IMG/VR virus record: IMGVR_UViG_3300020021_000018
Coordinates: 1 to 54,310 of that record
Origin: a virus
Taxonomy: Duplodnaviria > Caudoviricetes
DNA length: 54,310 bases
Reading direction: 5' to 3' (one strand)
A model generated the notes under the pieces. That model had not been told where the DNA came from. It searched no databases and saw only the letters and a program-made list of their open reading frames with translations. The number at the start of each line of letters is the position of its first letter. Position 1 is the first letter of the stretch. Made by a program: the position numbers and the translations under genes. Shown piece by piece: positions 18,539 to 26,630 of the stretch.

Positions 18539-19474
18539 ATGCCTTCGATTTGTTTCAGCTCTCTACGGCTGCCGGTGGTCCGCGTCACGGCGGAGAATGC
18601 CTGTGGCCTTCCTCTTACCGGTGCTGGTACGACACTCACCACGTCTGGTTTGATCTCTGTCGCGATGGCGGTCAATCAGCAGGATCGTCAGGACTATTTC
18701 ACTCTCAATGCCGATGCGCAGCCGTGTGTCACCAATACGGCGCCACCGATCTTGAAGTGGATTGATCTGACGATCACTTTCTGCAATGTCGACCCGACCC
18801 TGCTGAGTGTGATCACGGGCGAACCTCTCGTCCTCAACGATGCGGCTTCACCGGTCGCGATCGGTTGGGACACCTCAGTTGGTTCTGTCAATACGGTCAA
18901 CTTCGGCTTCGAAGGCTGGACCCGTATCGGTGGCACGACGCAGGCATGTGCGGCCAATGGGCAGGTCCAATACGGATACTTCCTTCTCCCGTGGGTGACG
19001 GAGGGTGTCGTCGGTGACGTGACCTTCCAGAATGGTCTCGCCAACTTCACTGTCACGGCGCGTACGCAGGCTGGTGGCACGTGGGGTGTGGGTCCATACA
19101 CCGTCGTGGCTTCCTCAGCTGTCGCGACTTTGAACCTTCCGCTGCCTCTCTTGACGGCGATCGGTCCGAATGTGCACCGTCGCATGTTTGTCACGACACT
19201 CGCGCCTCCGCTGCCGCTGTGTGGTGGAGCTTCCCTCCCGGCTGGTCCTCTGGTCGCTACGGTGACGACTCCTCCGAAGACGGTGACTCTGACCTTCCCG
19301 GTGCCTTCGATCCTGCCGGCCACCGTCAACTGGGGCGACGGTACCGCTCCGCAGAACATCACCTCAGGTTTGACGACCACGCACGTCTACACGACGGCTG
19401 CGACCTTCACCATCACGATGGCTCCGAATGCCATCTCCGCACCATTCTGGTCGGGCACCGTCACCACAAGTTAG
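18539..19474 (+). CDS. Major tail protein with C-terminal PKD/Ig-like domain
   Basis: RVTAENACG, ITFCNVDP, YGYFLLPWV, WGVGPY; C-terminal VNWGDGT...HVYTTA. Confidence 0.75.
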   Translation: MPSICFSSLRLPVVRVTAENACGLPLTGAGTTLTTSGLISVAMAVNQQDRQDYFTLNADAQPCVTNTAPPILKWIDLTITFCNVDPTLLSVITGEPLVLNDAASPVAIGWDTSVGSVNTVNFGFEGWTRIGGTTQACAANGQVQYGYFLLPWVTEGVVGDVTFQNGLANFTVTARTQAGGTWGVGPYTVVASSAVATLNLPLPLLTAIGPNVHRRMFVTTLAPPLPLCGGASLPAGPLVATVTTPPKTVTLTFPVPSILPATVNWGDGTAPQNITSGLTTTHVYTTAATFTITMAPNAISAPFWSGTVTTS

Positions 19475-19542
19475 TAGATCATGGATGGTATCTAGGCCCC
19501 CCTAGTGCAGAGATGTCACTGTCCCTAGATACCATCCATGAC

Positions 19543-20022
19543 ATGGAGTGCGAAATTGAAGGTTGTACAAAACAGATCAGAGCAAAGAATCCTCGCACGG
19601 AATTCATGTGCAATGAACATAGAAGGCGAAAGAGCCTGCTGGGGGACCCCCTAGCAGGAGGAAAGAAAAGATATAGGTACGCCTCTCTCGAAGACGAGTT
19701 CATAGCCAAAACGGAAATGTCTGAACATGGACTTATCTGGACTGGAGCTATAAATTATGGCGGATACGGAATTATGTCAGGAAATCGTCAGAGGTGTACG
19801 GCTCATAGATATGCATGGGAGCGCGCTAACTACGAACTTCCTCCACGATCAGAAGCCATCTGGAGCGTGGACCATCTTCCTGAATGTCCAAAGAACTGCG
19901 TTGATGCTAGGCATCTAACCGCAATGACTCAATCGGATCATTGCAAGCTCGAATGGCAACGCGGGAAGATGAGATCTGGGCGCTGGCACGGTCGTCGTAA
20001 CGGTGATTACTACCAGAATTAA
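19543..20022 (+). CDS. HNH homing endonuclease
   Basis: IWTGA...GYG...AHRYAW...VDH...CVDARHL; AT-richer; start re-called at ATG 19543. Confidence 0.8.
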   Translation: MECEIEGCTKQIRAKNPRTEFMCNEHRRRKSLLGDPLAGGKKRYRYASLEDEFIAKTEMSEHGLIWTGAINYGGYGIMSGNRQRCTAHRYAWERANYELPPRSEAIWSVDHLPECPKNCVDARHLTAMTQSDHCKLEWQRGKMRSGRWHGRRNGDYYQN

Positions 20023-20027
20023 CGGAG

Positions 20028-20825
20028 GTGACCATGGCTTTCCCCGTCGACCTGACCACAGTCATCGTCACCGGAACCTGGCTCAACCTTGATGGCTCAT
20101 TCGCATCCGGGACAGTCACCTTCCAAGGCCAGTACACCCTCTCGAATCTGACCGATGACACCTTCGTCATCATCGACAAGATCGAGGCGACACTCGACGC
20201 CTCCGGACACATCTCTGTCGTCCTACCGGTGGCGGACGATCCGCAATGGTTCCCGCAAGGCTGGACCTATGCGATCACTGAGCGCATCTCAGATCGGGTA
20301 GCGGATCGTAACTACAGCATCTTCCTGACCTCAGTGATGGCGCCCACCGTCGATCTGACAACGATCGCGCCTGTGCCGCCCTCCGGAACACCCACCATCT
20401 ACATCCTCCAATCGGAGAAGGGTCAGCCGAATGGTGTTGCCGGCCTGGACGGGCACGGAGGGCTACGCCTAGCTGGACCACTCGCCGTAGCACCCGATAG
20501 CGCCACGCCTGGGGCAACGGTCACGCTTGATGCGAGTCTCGGAAACATCTTCCGCTGGATCGCGGGGCAGCCATTCACCCTCGCCGCACCTATCAATCCG
20601 ATTGATGGGGAAACGATCCGTGCCGAGATTACGCAGGATGGTGTCGGCTCCCGGGTAATGACTTTAGCTACCGGCGCGGGGGCATTCATTGGTTCTGCCG
20701 ATATCCCGCTAGCTTCCGTCATCCTTTCCACTGGGGCGAATCTGACGGACATTGTCGGCTTCCAATACACGCTTCCCAGTAACCGTTGGCGTGTGGTCGC
20801 CTTCCAGCGAGGATTCACGCTATGA
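20028..20825 (+). CDS. Tail fibre/baseplate-associated structural protein
   Basis: N-terminal GTVTF...LDASGHISVVL...GWTY; C-terminal ITQDGVGSR...LSTGANLTDIVGF. Confidence 0.55.
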   Translation: MTMAFPVDLTTVIVTGTWLNLDGSFASGTVTFQGQYTLSNLTDDTFVIIDKIEATLDASGHISVVLPVADDPQWFPQGWTYAITERISDRVADRNYSIFLTSVMAPTVDLTTIAPVPPSGTPTIYILQSEKGQPNGVAGLDGHGGLRLAGPLAVAPDSATPGATVTLDASLGNIFRWIAGQPFTLAAPINPIDGETIRAEITQDGVGSRVMTLATGAGAFIGSADIPLASVILSTGANLTDIVGFQYTLPSNRWRVVAFQRGFTL

Positions 20826-20842
20826 AAGCGTATGATCCGCCT

Positions 20843-21001
20843 ATGTCAGACATTGAAGCAGGAACCCCGATCGGCTGGCAGGTCATCGACCCTGATGGCA
20901 ATATCGTCGCCTCCGGACCTATTACCGAATTGCAGGCTGTAGCCGACTATGGCCAGGAGCTATATCACGTAGAAGAGGAAGAGTCCGATGGCGGCAATTG
21001 A
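20843..21001 (+). CDS. Small hypothetical protein
   Basis: ATG 6 nt after TATGAT; overlaps the next gene. Confidence 0.5.
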   Translation: MSDIEAGTPIGWQVIDPDGNIVASGPITELQAVADYGQELYHVEEEESDGGN

Positions 21002-21416
21002 CCAGACACTAGTTTCCGGTCTACTGAATGCGACCACTCCGACGGGTGCGGCCGGCATCCCCGGCACATACACCGGCCTCGGTGGAACGGCGATGAAGGT
21101 GCGACTCAATACCACGCTGAGTACACCGTCAGCGGCTGGCACCGAACTGACCGGTACCGGCTATACGGCGGGTGGCACTGCCGTCCCGGCCGCATCGACC
21201 GCATCGTCTGCCGGTAGCGCCGTGACGCTGCCTGCGACGTCAGCCCTGAACTGGGTCAATGGCTCCGGTGGCTCCTGGTCCATCGTCTCGATGGATCTCA
21301 CGTCGAGTGCTGGCACGCGTGCCTGGTTCGGCCCATTCACAGGCCAGCCGGTTGTGGTGGCGAATGGCAACACTTTCCAGATCGCTGTAGCCGGCGTCTC
21401 CATCTCGCTCACCTGA
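20988..21416 (+). CDS. Small beta-rich tail-associated protein
   Basis: GTELTGTGY and V.NGNTFQI..G.SISL pattern of small phage tail-fibre-like proteins. Confidence 0.55.
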   Translation: MAAIDQTLVSGLLNATTPTGAAGIPGTYTGLGGTAMKVRLNTTLSTPSAAGTELTGTGYTAGGTAVPAASTASSAGSAVTLPATSALNWVNGSGGSWSIVSMDLTSSAGTRAWFGPFTGQPVVVANGNTFQIAVAGVSISLT

Positions 21417-21447
21417 TCCTCTCTGCGCGCACGAGAGGGGTTAGGTC

Positions 21448-23070
21448 GTGGCGCTCGCTCGTACTAACCTGCTCGCGTCGCAGAGCACCCCGACTGGTGG
21501 CAACTTCGGTACGGGTAACTGGACGACGGCTGCCTTCACTCCCCCCGCATCCTGCCTCCTCGTCGTCTCCATCGGGGCTATGGAGAATAGTGGCTCGGCC
21601 GATGCGGTTGGCGCTGCTATCACGATCTCCGACAGTCAAGGATTGACCTGGACGACAGCGGTTACTGCATCAGCTAGCTTCGCCTTCTCCGATGGCATGC
21701 GGATCTTCTATGCTCAGGGCGCCGCCGCTTCTTCGATGACGGTTACGGCTGGCACTGGCGGTAAGACGATCGGTAGCTACTTCGTTCAGGTGGTTGCCTA
21801 TACAGGATTCGATACGACAACACCCGTCAATGGAACAGCCACACTGATCCAGGGAAGCCTCAGTAATCACACGAATCCTTTTCCGGTAACGACTACTCTC
21901 TCGTCTGCACCCGTTACGGGTGATGAAGTATTCTCTGCCATCAATGTCAATAAGAGCATCACAGGAAGCATCGTCGCCGGTGCGACGTACACAATCCTTT
22001 CCGGGGCAGCCCTCGTCAATTCCAACTGGGGCCAGTCGAGTGCACAGACACGCACCAGTTCCACCAGTACAACCGCCGACTATTCGGATCTGCAAAATAG
22101 CGGCGCGGGCACCATCTTCGACTACGCAGGCGCCTTCGTCGTTGTCAAGGCAGCCTCCGGTGGATCTACCATCAATGGAACAGCGACGCTGACTGGTGCT
22201 GGTGCCCTCACGGCTACAGCCATCCAGACGATCCGTGCCACTGCATCCCTGGCTGGCGCGGGTGCCCTGGCTGCCAATGTCACGCAAGGTGCTACTGCGA
22301 CTCCAGCGGGTGCCGGATCGCTCTCTGCAAAGGTGACCCAGGTCACACCAGCCTCCCTGGCTGGTGCTGGGGTCCTCAGTGCCACAGCTACACAGATCAT
22401 CCGAGGCAGTGCAGCCCTAGCAGGCGTAGGTGCCTTGAATGCCACAGCCGTCCAGACGATCCAGGGCACCGCATCCCTCGTCGGTGCTGGCGCCCTCGCG
22501 GCGAAGGTGACCCAAGTTGCTGGTGTCATCCTGGCCGGGGCAGGATCTCTCAGCGCCAATGCTGGTGGGAACGTCAATGGAACGGCGAACCTCGTCGGTG
22601 CCGGTGTACTGAGTGCCACGGCTGTCCAGATCATCCAGGGGACAGCTTCACTTATCGGTGCCGGCGCTCTCTCGGCGAAGGTGACGCAGGCTGCTACAGC
22701 CAACCTGGCTGGCCTCGGTGTCATGACGACTGTCTCCGTCCAGGCCGCCACAGCGAACCTGGCTGGCGCTGGTGTCCTGAGTGCGAAGGTGACACAGGCT
22801 GCCACGGCCCTCCTGGTGGGCGCAGGTGTCCTCAATGCCAATTCGGGTGGACTGGCCAGTGGCACTGCGGTACTCGTCGGAGCGGGCGCGCTGACGGCTA
22901 ATGCGAGCGTCATTGTCAATGGATCCGCCCCACTCGTAGGGGCTGGTGCCCTCACGGCGAAGGTGACTCAGGCCGTCAAGGCGAACCTTGTCGGAGCAGG
23001 CTTCCTAACTGCTACCCCGGCCGGGACAGGTACAGCTCGCAATGGCGATATGTTCTTGTTGCTGCCGTGA
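21448..23070 (+). CDS. Fibre/adhesin-like protein with Gly/Ala/Thr repeats
   Basis: N-terminal globular domain followed by 15 copies of a L.GAG.L.A repeat of about 18-21 aa. Confidence 0.65.
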   Translation: MALARTNLLASQSTPTGGNFGTGNWTTAAFTPPASCLLVVSIGAMENSGSADAVGAAITISDSQGLTWTTAVTASASFAFSDGMRIFYAQGAAASSMTVTAGTGGKTIGSYFVQVVAYTGFDTTTPVNGTATLIQGSLSNHTNPFPVTTTLSSAPVTGDEVFSAINVNKSITGSIVAGATYTILSGAALVNSNWGQSSAQTRTSSTSTTADYSDLQNSGAGTIFDYAGAFVVVKAASGGSTINGTATLTGAGALTATAIQTIRATASLAGAGALAANVTQGATATPAGAGSLSAKVTQVTPASLAGAGVLSATATQIIRGSAALAGVGALNATAVQTIQGTASLVGAGALAAKVTQVAGVILAGAGSLSANAGGNVNGTANLVGAGVLSATAVQIIQGTASLIGAGALSAKVTQAATANLAGLGVMTTVSVQAATANLAGAGVLSAKVTQAATALLVGAGVLNANSGGLASGTAVLVGAGALTANASVIVNGSAPLVGAGALTAKVTQAVKANLVGAGFLTATPAGTGTARNGDMFLLLP

Positions 23071-23645
23071 CATGGTTTGATGTGCCCATGGGGAAACCGA
23101 AGCTGTTATGCACCGTGTGCGATAAGCCTCGTTGCGCTTGGGGGCTATGTCGATCTTGCTATCGGAAGGCGCGCAGGAGAGGGGAATTACTTCCGGTACG
23201 CAATGATCAATCTGCTTTTTGGAATAGAGTTGATAAATCAGGTGGTCCAGATTCATGCTGGCCAATGTCTGGAGCCCTGGACAGAGATGGGTATGCCAGC
23301 TTCGCTAACGTTAGAGCGCCTCGCTATGCATGGATTCTCGTATATGGCGAAGCGCCTAATGGATCCGTTCTTCATCTATGTGATAACCCTACTTGTGTAA
23401 ACCCAGCTCATCTCCAAGATGGGACACAGATGGAAAATATCCATCAGATGATTGATCGAAATAGATCGCATCGAGGGTCAAAGCATTACGTAACGAAGCT
23501 ATCCGAAGAGCAGGTCAGAGAAATCAGAATGTACATGTCAGACCCCTATATCGGCTTGGCCAAGGCTGTTGCTGATATGTATGGAGTCTCTAGAGACACT
23601 GTCTACTTCATAGCCACACGTAGGACGTGGGCATGGCTAGACTGA
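23067..23645 (+). CDS. HNH homing endonuclease with C-terminal HTH
   Basis: FWNRVDKSGGPDSCW...VLHLCDNPTCVNPAHLQDGTQMEN...KLSEEQVREIR. Confidence 0.9.
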   Translation: MTWFDVPMGKPKLLCTVCDKPRCAWGLCRSCYRKARRRGELLPVRNDQSAFWNRVDKSGGPDSCWPMSGALDRDGYASFANVRAPRYAWILVYGEAPNGSVLHLCDNPTCVNPAHLQDGTQMENIHQMIDRNRSHRGSKHYVTKLSEEQVREIRMYMSDPYIGLAKAVADMYGVSRDTVYFIATRRTWAWLD

Positions 23646-23673
23646 TCGACAACGAAGGAAGGCGTGAGCGGAG

Positions 23674-24483
23674 ATGAGCAGCACCTGTAGTTGGATTATT
23701 GATCCATCGTGCAATCAGGTCCTGTGGGATGCGACTGATCCAGCGATGCAGGCAAATGCTGCCGCCTTCGCTACCGATGTCCTGTGGGCTGCCACCGGAC
23801 GCCAATATTCGGCATGCCCGATGACGGTTCGCCCATGCCTCAATGCTTTCGGTGAATGGGGCTGGTTCCGCTACTGGGAAGGTGGCGTCTTCGGAGTTGG
23901 TGGCGGCTGGATCCCTTTCATCTGGGATGGGCAGTGGTTCAATGGCTGCGGCTGCGGCAACTCGGGACCCTTCTGCTGCGAGCCACGTCGCCTCACGCAA
24001 GCTCTCCTCTTGGGTCCTGTCGCAGCAGTCACCAATGTGACTATCGGTGCCCTCGTTGTTCCGCCCGCCTCTTATCGCATTGATGATGCGCAGTGGCTGG
24101 TACGTACCGATGGTGGCCAGTGGCCAACCGAGCAGGACCTCAATGAGGATGCCGGCGCTGTCAATACGTGGAGTGTCAGCTACCTACGCGGAACAGATGT
24201 TCCGAAGCCTCTCCTCAATGCTGCCGGGACACTCGCGATCGAGTTCATCAAGGCCTGCACCGGTGGCGAATGCCGTCTCCCGAATCGGGTCACCAGCATC
24301 ATTCGCACCGGGGTGCAGATGACCTTCGTTGATCCGACAACTCTTCTGGAGAAGGGATTCACCGGCCTGGAAGAGGTCGATCTACTTATCCGTAGCTACA
24401 ATCCGACAGGCCTGGCGAAGAGGCTACGCCTATTCTCACCAGACGTTGAGAGAAATCGTATTACTACGTGGCAGGCGCCGTGA
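23674..24483 (+). CDS. Head-to-tail adaptor
   Basis: VLWAATGRQY..C..TVRPC, CRLPNRVTSIIRTGV, TGLEEVD..I..NP. Confidence 0.7.
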   Translation: MSSTCSWIIDPSCNQVLWDATDPAMQANAAAFATDVLWAATGRQYSACPMTVRPCLNAFGEWGWFRYWEGGVFGVGGGWIPFIWDGQWFNGCGCGNSGPFCCEPRRLTQALLLGPVAAVTNVTIGALVVPPASYRIDDAQWLVRTDGGQWPTEQDLNEDAGAVNTWSVSYLRGTDVPKPLLNAAGTLAIEFIKACTGGECRLPNRVTSIIRTGVQMTFVDPTTLLEKGFTGLEEVDLLIRSYNPTGLAKRLRLFSPDVERNRITTWQAP

Positions 24484-25028
24484 CATCCCCAGACGGCGGA
24501 CTGATCAAGGATGTGGCGAGTAAGCTTCTCGCCTGCCTAACGGTGCAAGCGTCTGCCCCGACAGCGAATCCTCCGAAGAATTTTGGATTCCTTCCGGGCA
24601 ACGAAATCGTCGAAGACATGTCGGCCTACAACGATCTGTGCTGTGAAGGAACGGCCTTCGTCCAGCTCAACTCGGTCTATCCTTCGAGTAGCTTCCCGCA
24701 GCCCGATGATGGAACGATCAGCTGTGAACCGCTGGCCTGGGGAACGATTTGGACCTTGGGTGTCATGCGGTGCTCGCCTACGGGTTCGATTAACTTCACC
24801 CCCACCTTCGGTGAGTGGGATGTGGCCAACAATCAGCATCTGATCGATGATGCTTCGCTACGTGCCGCCATCTTGAAGTACAAGGAGATCTACGCGACCG
24901 GAGCTAACGATGCCGGTGTACTGATTGGGCAGACGAATGCCCTCGGTCCGCAGGGTGGATGTTTGCTCCGTACGATCACCGCGACAATTCAGGTGTTTGG
25001 CTGCGGAGTCTGGGAGGATATGCCATGA
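24480..25028 (+). CDS. Tail terminator-like protein
   Basis: LGVMRC and GPQGGC motifs; synteny. Confidence 0.6.
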   Translation: MTSPDGGLIKDVASKLLACLTVQASAPTANPPKNFGFLPGNEIVEDMSAYNDLCCEGTAFVQLNSVYPSSSFPQPDDGTISCEPLAWGTIWTLGVMRCSPTGSINFTPTFGEWDVANNQHLIDDASLRAAILKYKEIYATGANDAGVLIGQTNALGPQGGCLLRTITATIQVFGCGVWEDMP

Positions 25029-25216
25029 AGGTTCAGGTGCGTTTCGCGGTCGGTAATCTGCCTGCCCACGAGATCCTCGACTACGATCCGGAGAAGGACA
25101 CCTATCTGGCTTCCCTCATCCAGGCCGGTTATGTTGTCGAGATCCCAGGGGCGGAGGAGGAAGTCCTCCCGCCGGAGCTTGTCGTAGCAAATGAGAAGCG
25201 AACGAAGGTGAAGTAA
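25025..25216 (+). CDS. Small hypothetical protein
   Basis: ATGA overlap with upstream gene; GGAGGA RBS. Confidence 0.5.
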   Translation: MKVQVRFAVGNLPAHEILDYDPEKDTYLASLIQAGYVVEIPGAEEEVLPPELVVANEKRTKVK

Positions 25217-25229
25217 TGGGAGGTGACTG

Positions 25230-25670
25230 ATGGCTAAGGTCCACATCGATCCGATCGCGGTTAGACGTGAAGGCAATCGTGTGACGACGCCACTCGTCAA
25301 AGCGATGATCAAGGATACGGTGGCTCTTTCGAAGCGCTGGCCCCGTGCCGGCAATCCGGCCTGGACGGATAGCTACGGGACTTTGAATCGACACACGACG
25401 GGGCAGACGTATACCTCCCCGAGTCCGCATGGCTACATCCGTAACGACCTCGACTATGCGATGGCTGTCCATGAGGGCACCGCACCTCGCCTCATCTTCG
25501 CCAATACGCCCGCCGGGATGACCTTCTGGTGGAAGCGTAAGCAGCGCTGGGGTGTGAAGTTCCGCGTCGTTAAACACCCCCGCACCAAGGGGAGCTATTT
25601 TCTTACACGCCCTGCCGCTATTGTTGCGAAGAGATACAACTTCAAGATCTCGACTCGCATCATTCCGTAG
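25230..25670 (+). CDS. HK97 gp10-like neck/tail component
   Basis: YAMAVHEGT.P..I...VKHP.TK...FL. Confidence 0.7.
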   Translation: MAKVHIDPIAVRREGNRVTTPLVKAMIKDTVALSKRWPRAGNPAWTDSYGTLNRHTTGQTYTSPSPHGYIRNDLDYAMAVHEGTAPRLIFANTPAGMTFWWKRKQRWGVKFRVVKHPRTKGSYFLTRPAAIVAKRYNFKISTRIIP

Positions 25671-25680
25671 GGGGAGAAGA

Positions 25681-26040
25681 ATGACGGAAGCCCAGGACGC
25701 CTTCGCATACTGCACGATCACGGATCGCGAGATCGCCCTCTCGGAGCCAACCGATGGCCAGTTCCTACAGATCGCGCGTGCGTCTTCCGCTATTGAGCGT
25801 GCCGGTGGTGCCGGTCCTGGTGCTATCACGGCGATGGCGCGTGCCGGCGATGTCCTCCTGGCCTTGATCGCATCATCCGAGGATCGCTACTGGGTTGATG
25901 AGGGTCTCACCAATGGAACAGTCGGCTTGAAGGACCTCATTGATCCGATCATGGAGGCGATCCGAACCTCGGGTGAAGAGGTCGCACCGCGCAATGGTCC
26001 GGTGAAGCGCACCCGGGCGGCGTCACGTGGTAGCCGTTGA
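25681..26040 (+). CDS. Tail assembly chaperone (probable)
   Basis: Two genes upstream of the tape measure; ATG 25681 with RBS. Confidence 0.6.
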   Translation: MTEAQDAFAYCTITDREIALSEPTDGQFLQIARASSAIERAGGAGPGAITAMARAGDVLLALIASSEDRYWVDEGLTNGTVGLKDLIDPIMEAIRTSGEEVAPRNGPVKRTRAASRGSR

Positions 26041-26581
26041 TCCGCTAGCGTCACTGCGGATCGCCCCCTGTGTCACCACTATCGCCGGTCACGACTTCGT
26101 CATCGAGGGCCACTGTGCCGCCGACTGGATCACAATGATTCTCGGTGGGACTCTGCATCAGGTCATCCCTGGCTGGTTCCAGGCCGAAGACGATGAACTG
26201 ATCTTGACGAATATGATCCTCGACGGCGATGTCACGAATGAGGAACTCAACACCATCACGCTTGAGGTGATGGGTATCGCAGCCGGACGTGCCGCCTGGT
26301 GGGCTATCAACCTGATCGGAATGGTGGCATCCGACAATTCTGTCTGGGCAACCATCAATGGCAGACTCCTCCTCGGTGGTGTCAGAGCTGATGAGGTGTC
26401 TCTCGCGGCCTGGATAGATGCATGCTATTCGTGCATCGTGGACTCCATTGATGATAAGGATCAAAGGTTCCAATTCGATTCCCAGGTTGAAACTCCGCCA
26501 CCCGATATGGCTATCGATGAAGAAGAGGAAGGCGCTGCCTTCATGGCCTTGATGGGGTCAGGTTTCCCTGGCGAGGAATAG
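26027..26581 (+). CDS. Second tail assembly chaperone (probable)
   Basis: Directly upstream of the tape measure; AGRAAWWA..L motif. Confidence 0.6.
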   Translation: MVAVDPLASLRIAPCVTTIAGHDFVIEGHCAADWITMILGGTLHQVIPGWFQAEDDELILTNMILDGDVTNEELNTITLEVMGIAAGRAAWWAINLIGMVASDNSVWATINGRLLLGGVRADEVSLAAWIDACYSCIVDSIDDKDQRFQFDSQVETPPPDMAIDEEEEGAAFMALMGSGFPGEE

Positions 26582-26630
26582 CATGTAGACCTATGCCCCT
26601 AAGCTGATCACTTCCCTCTACGATAGGCGC

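Noticed and set aside
25960-26040. Programmed frameshift between the tail assembly chaperones
   Set aside because: No XXXYYYZ slippery heptamer was seen near the end of the first ORF, and the second ORF has its own GTG start.
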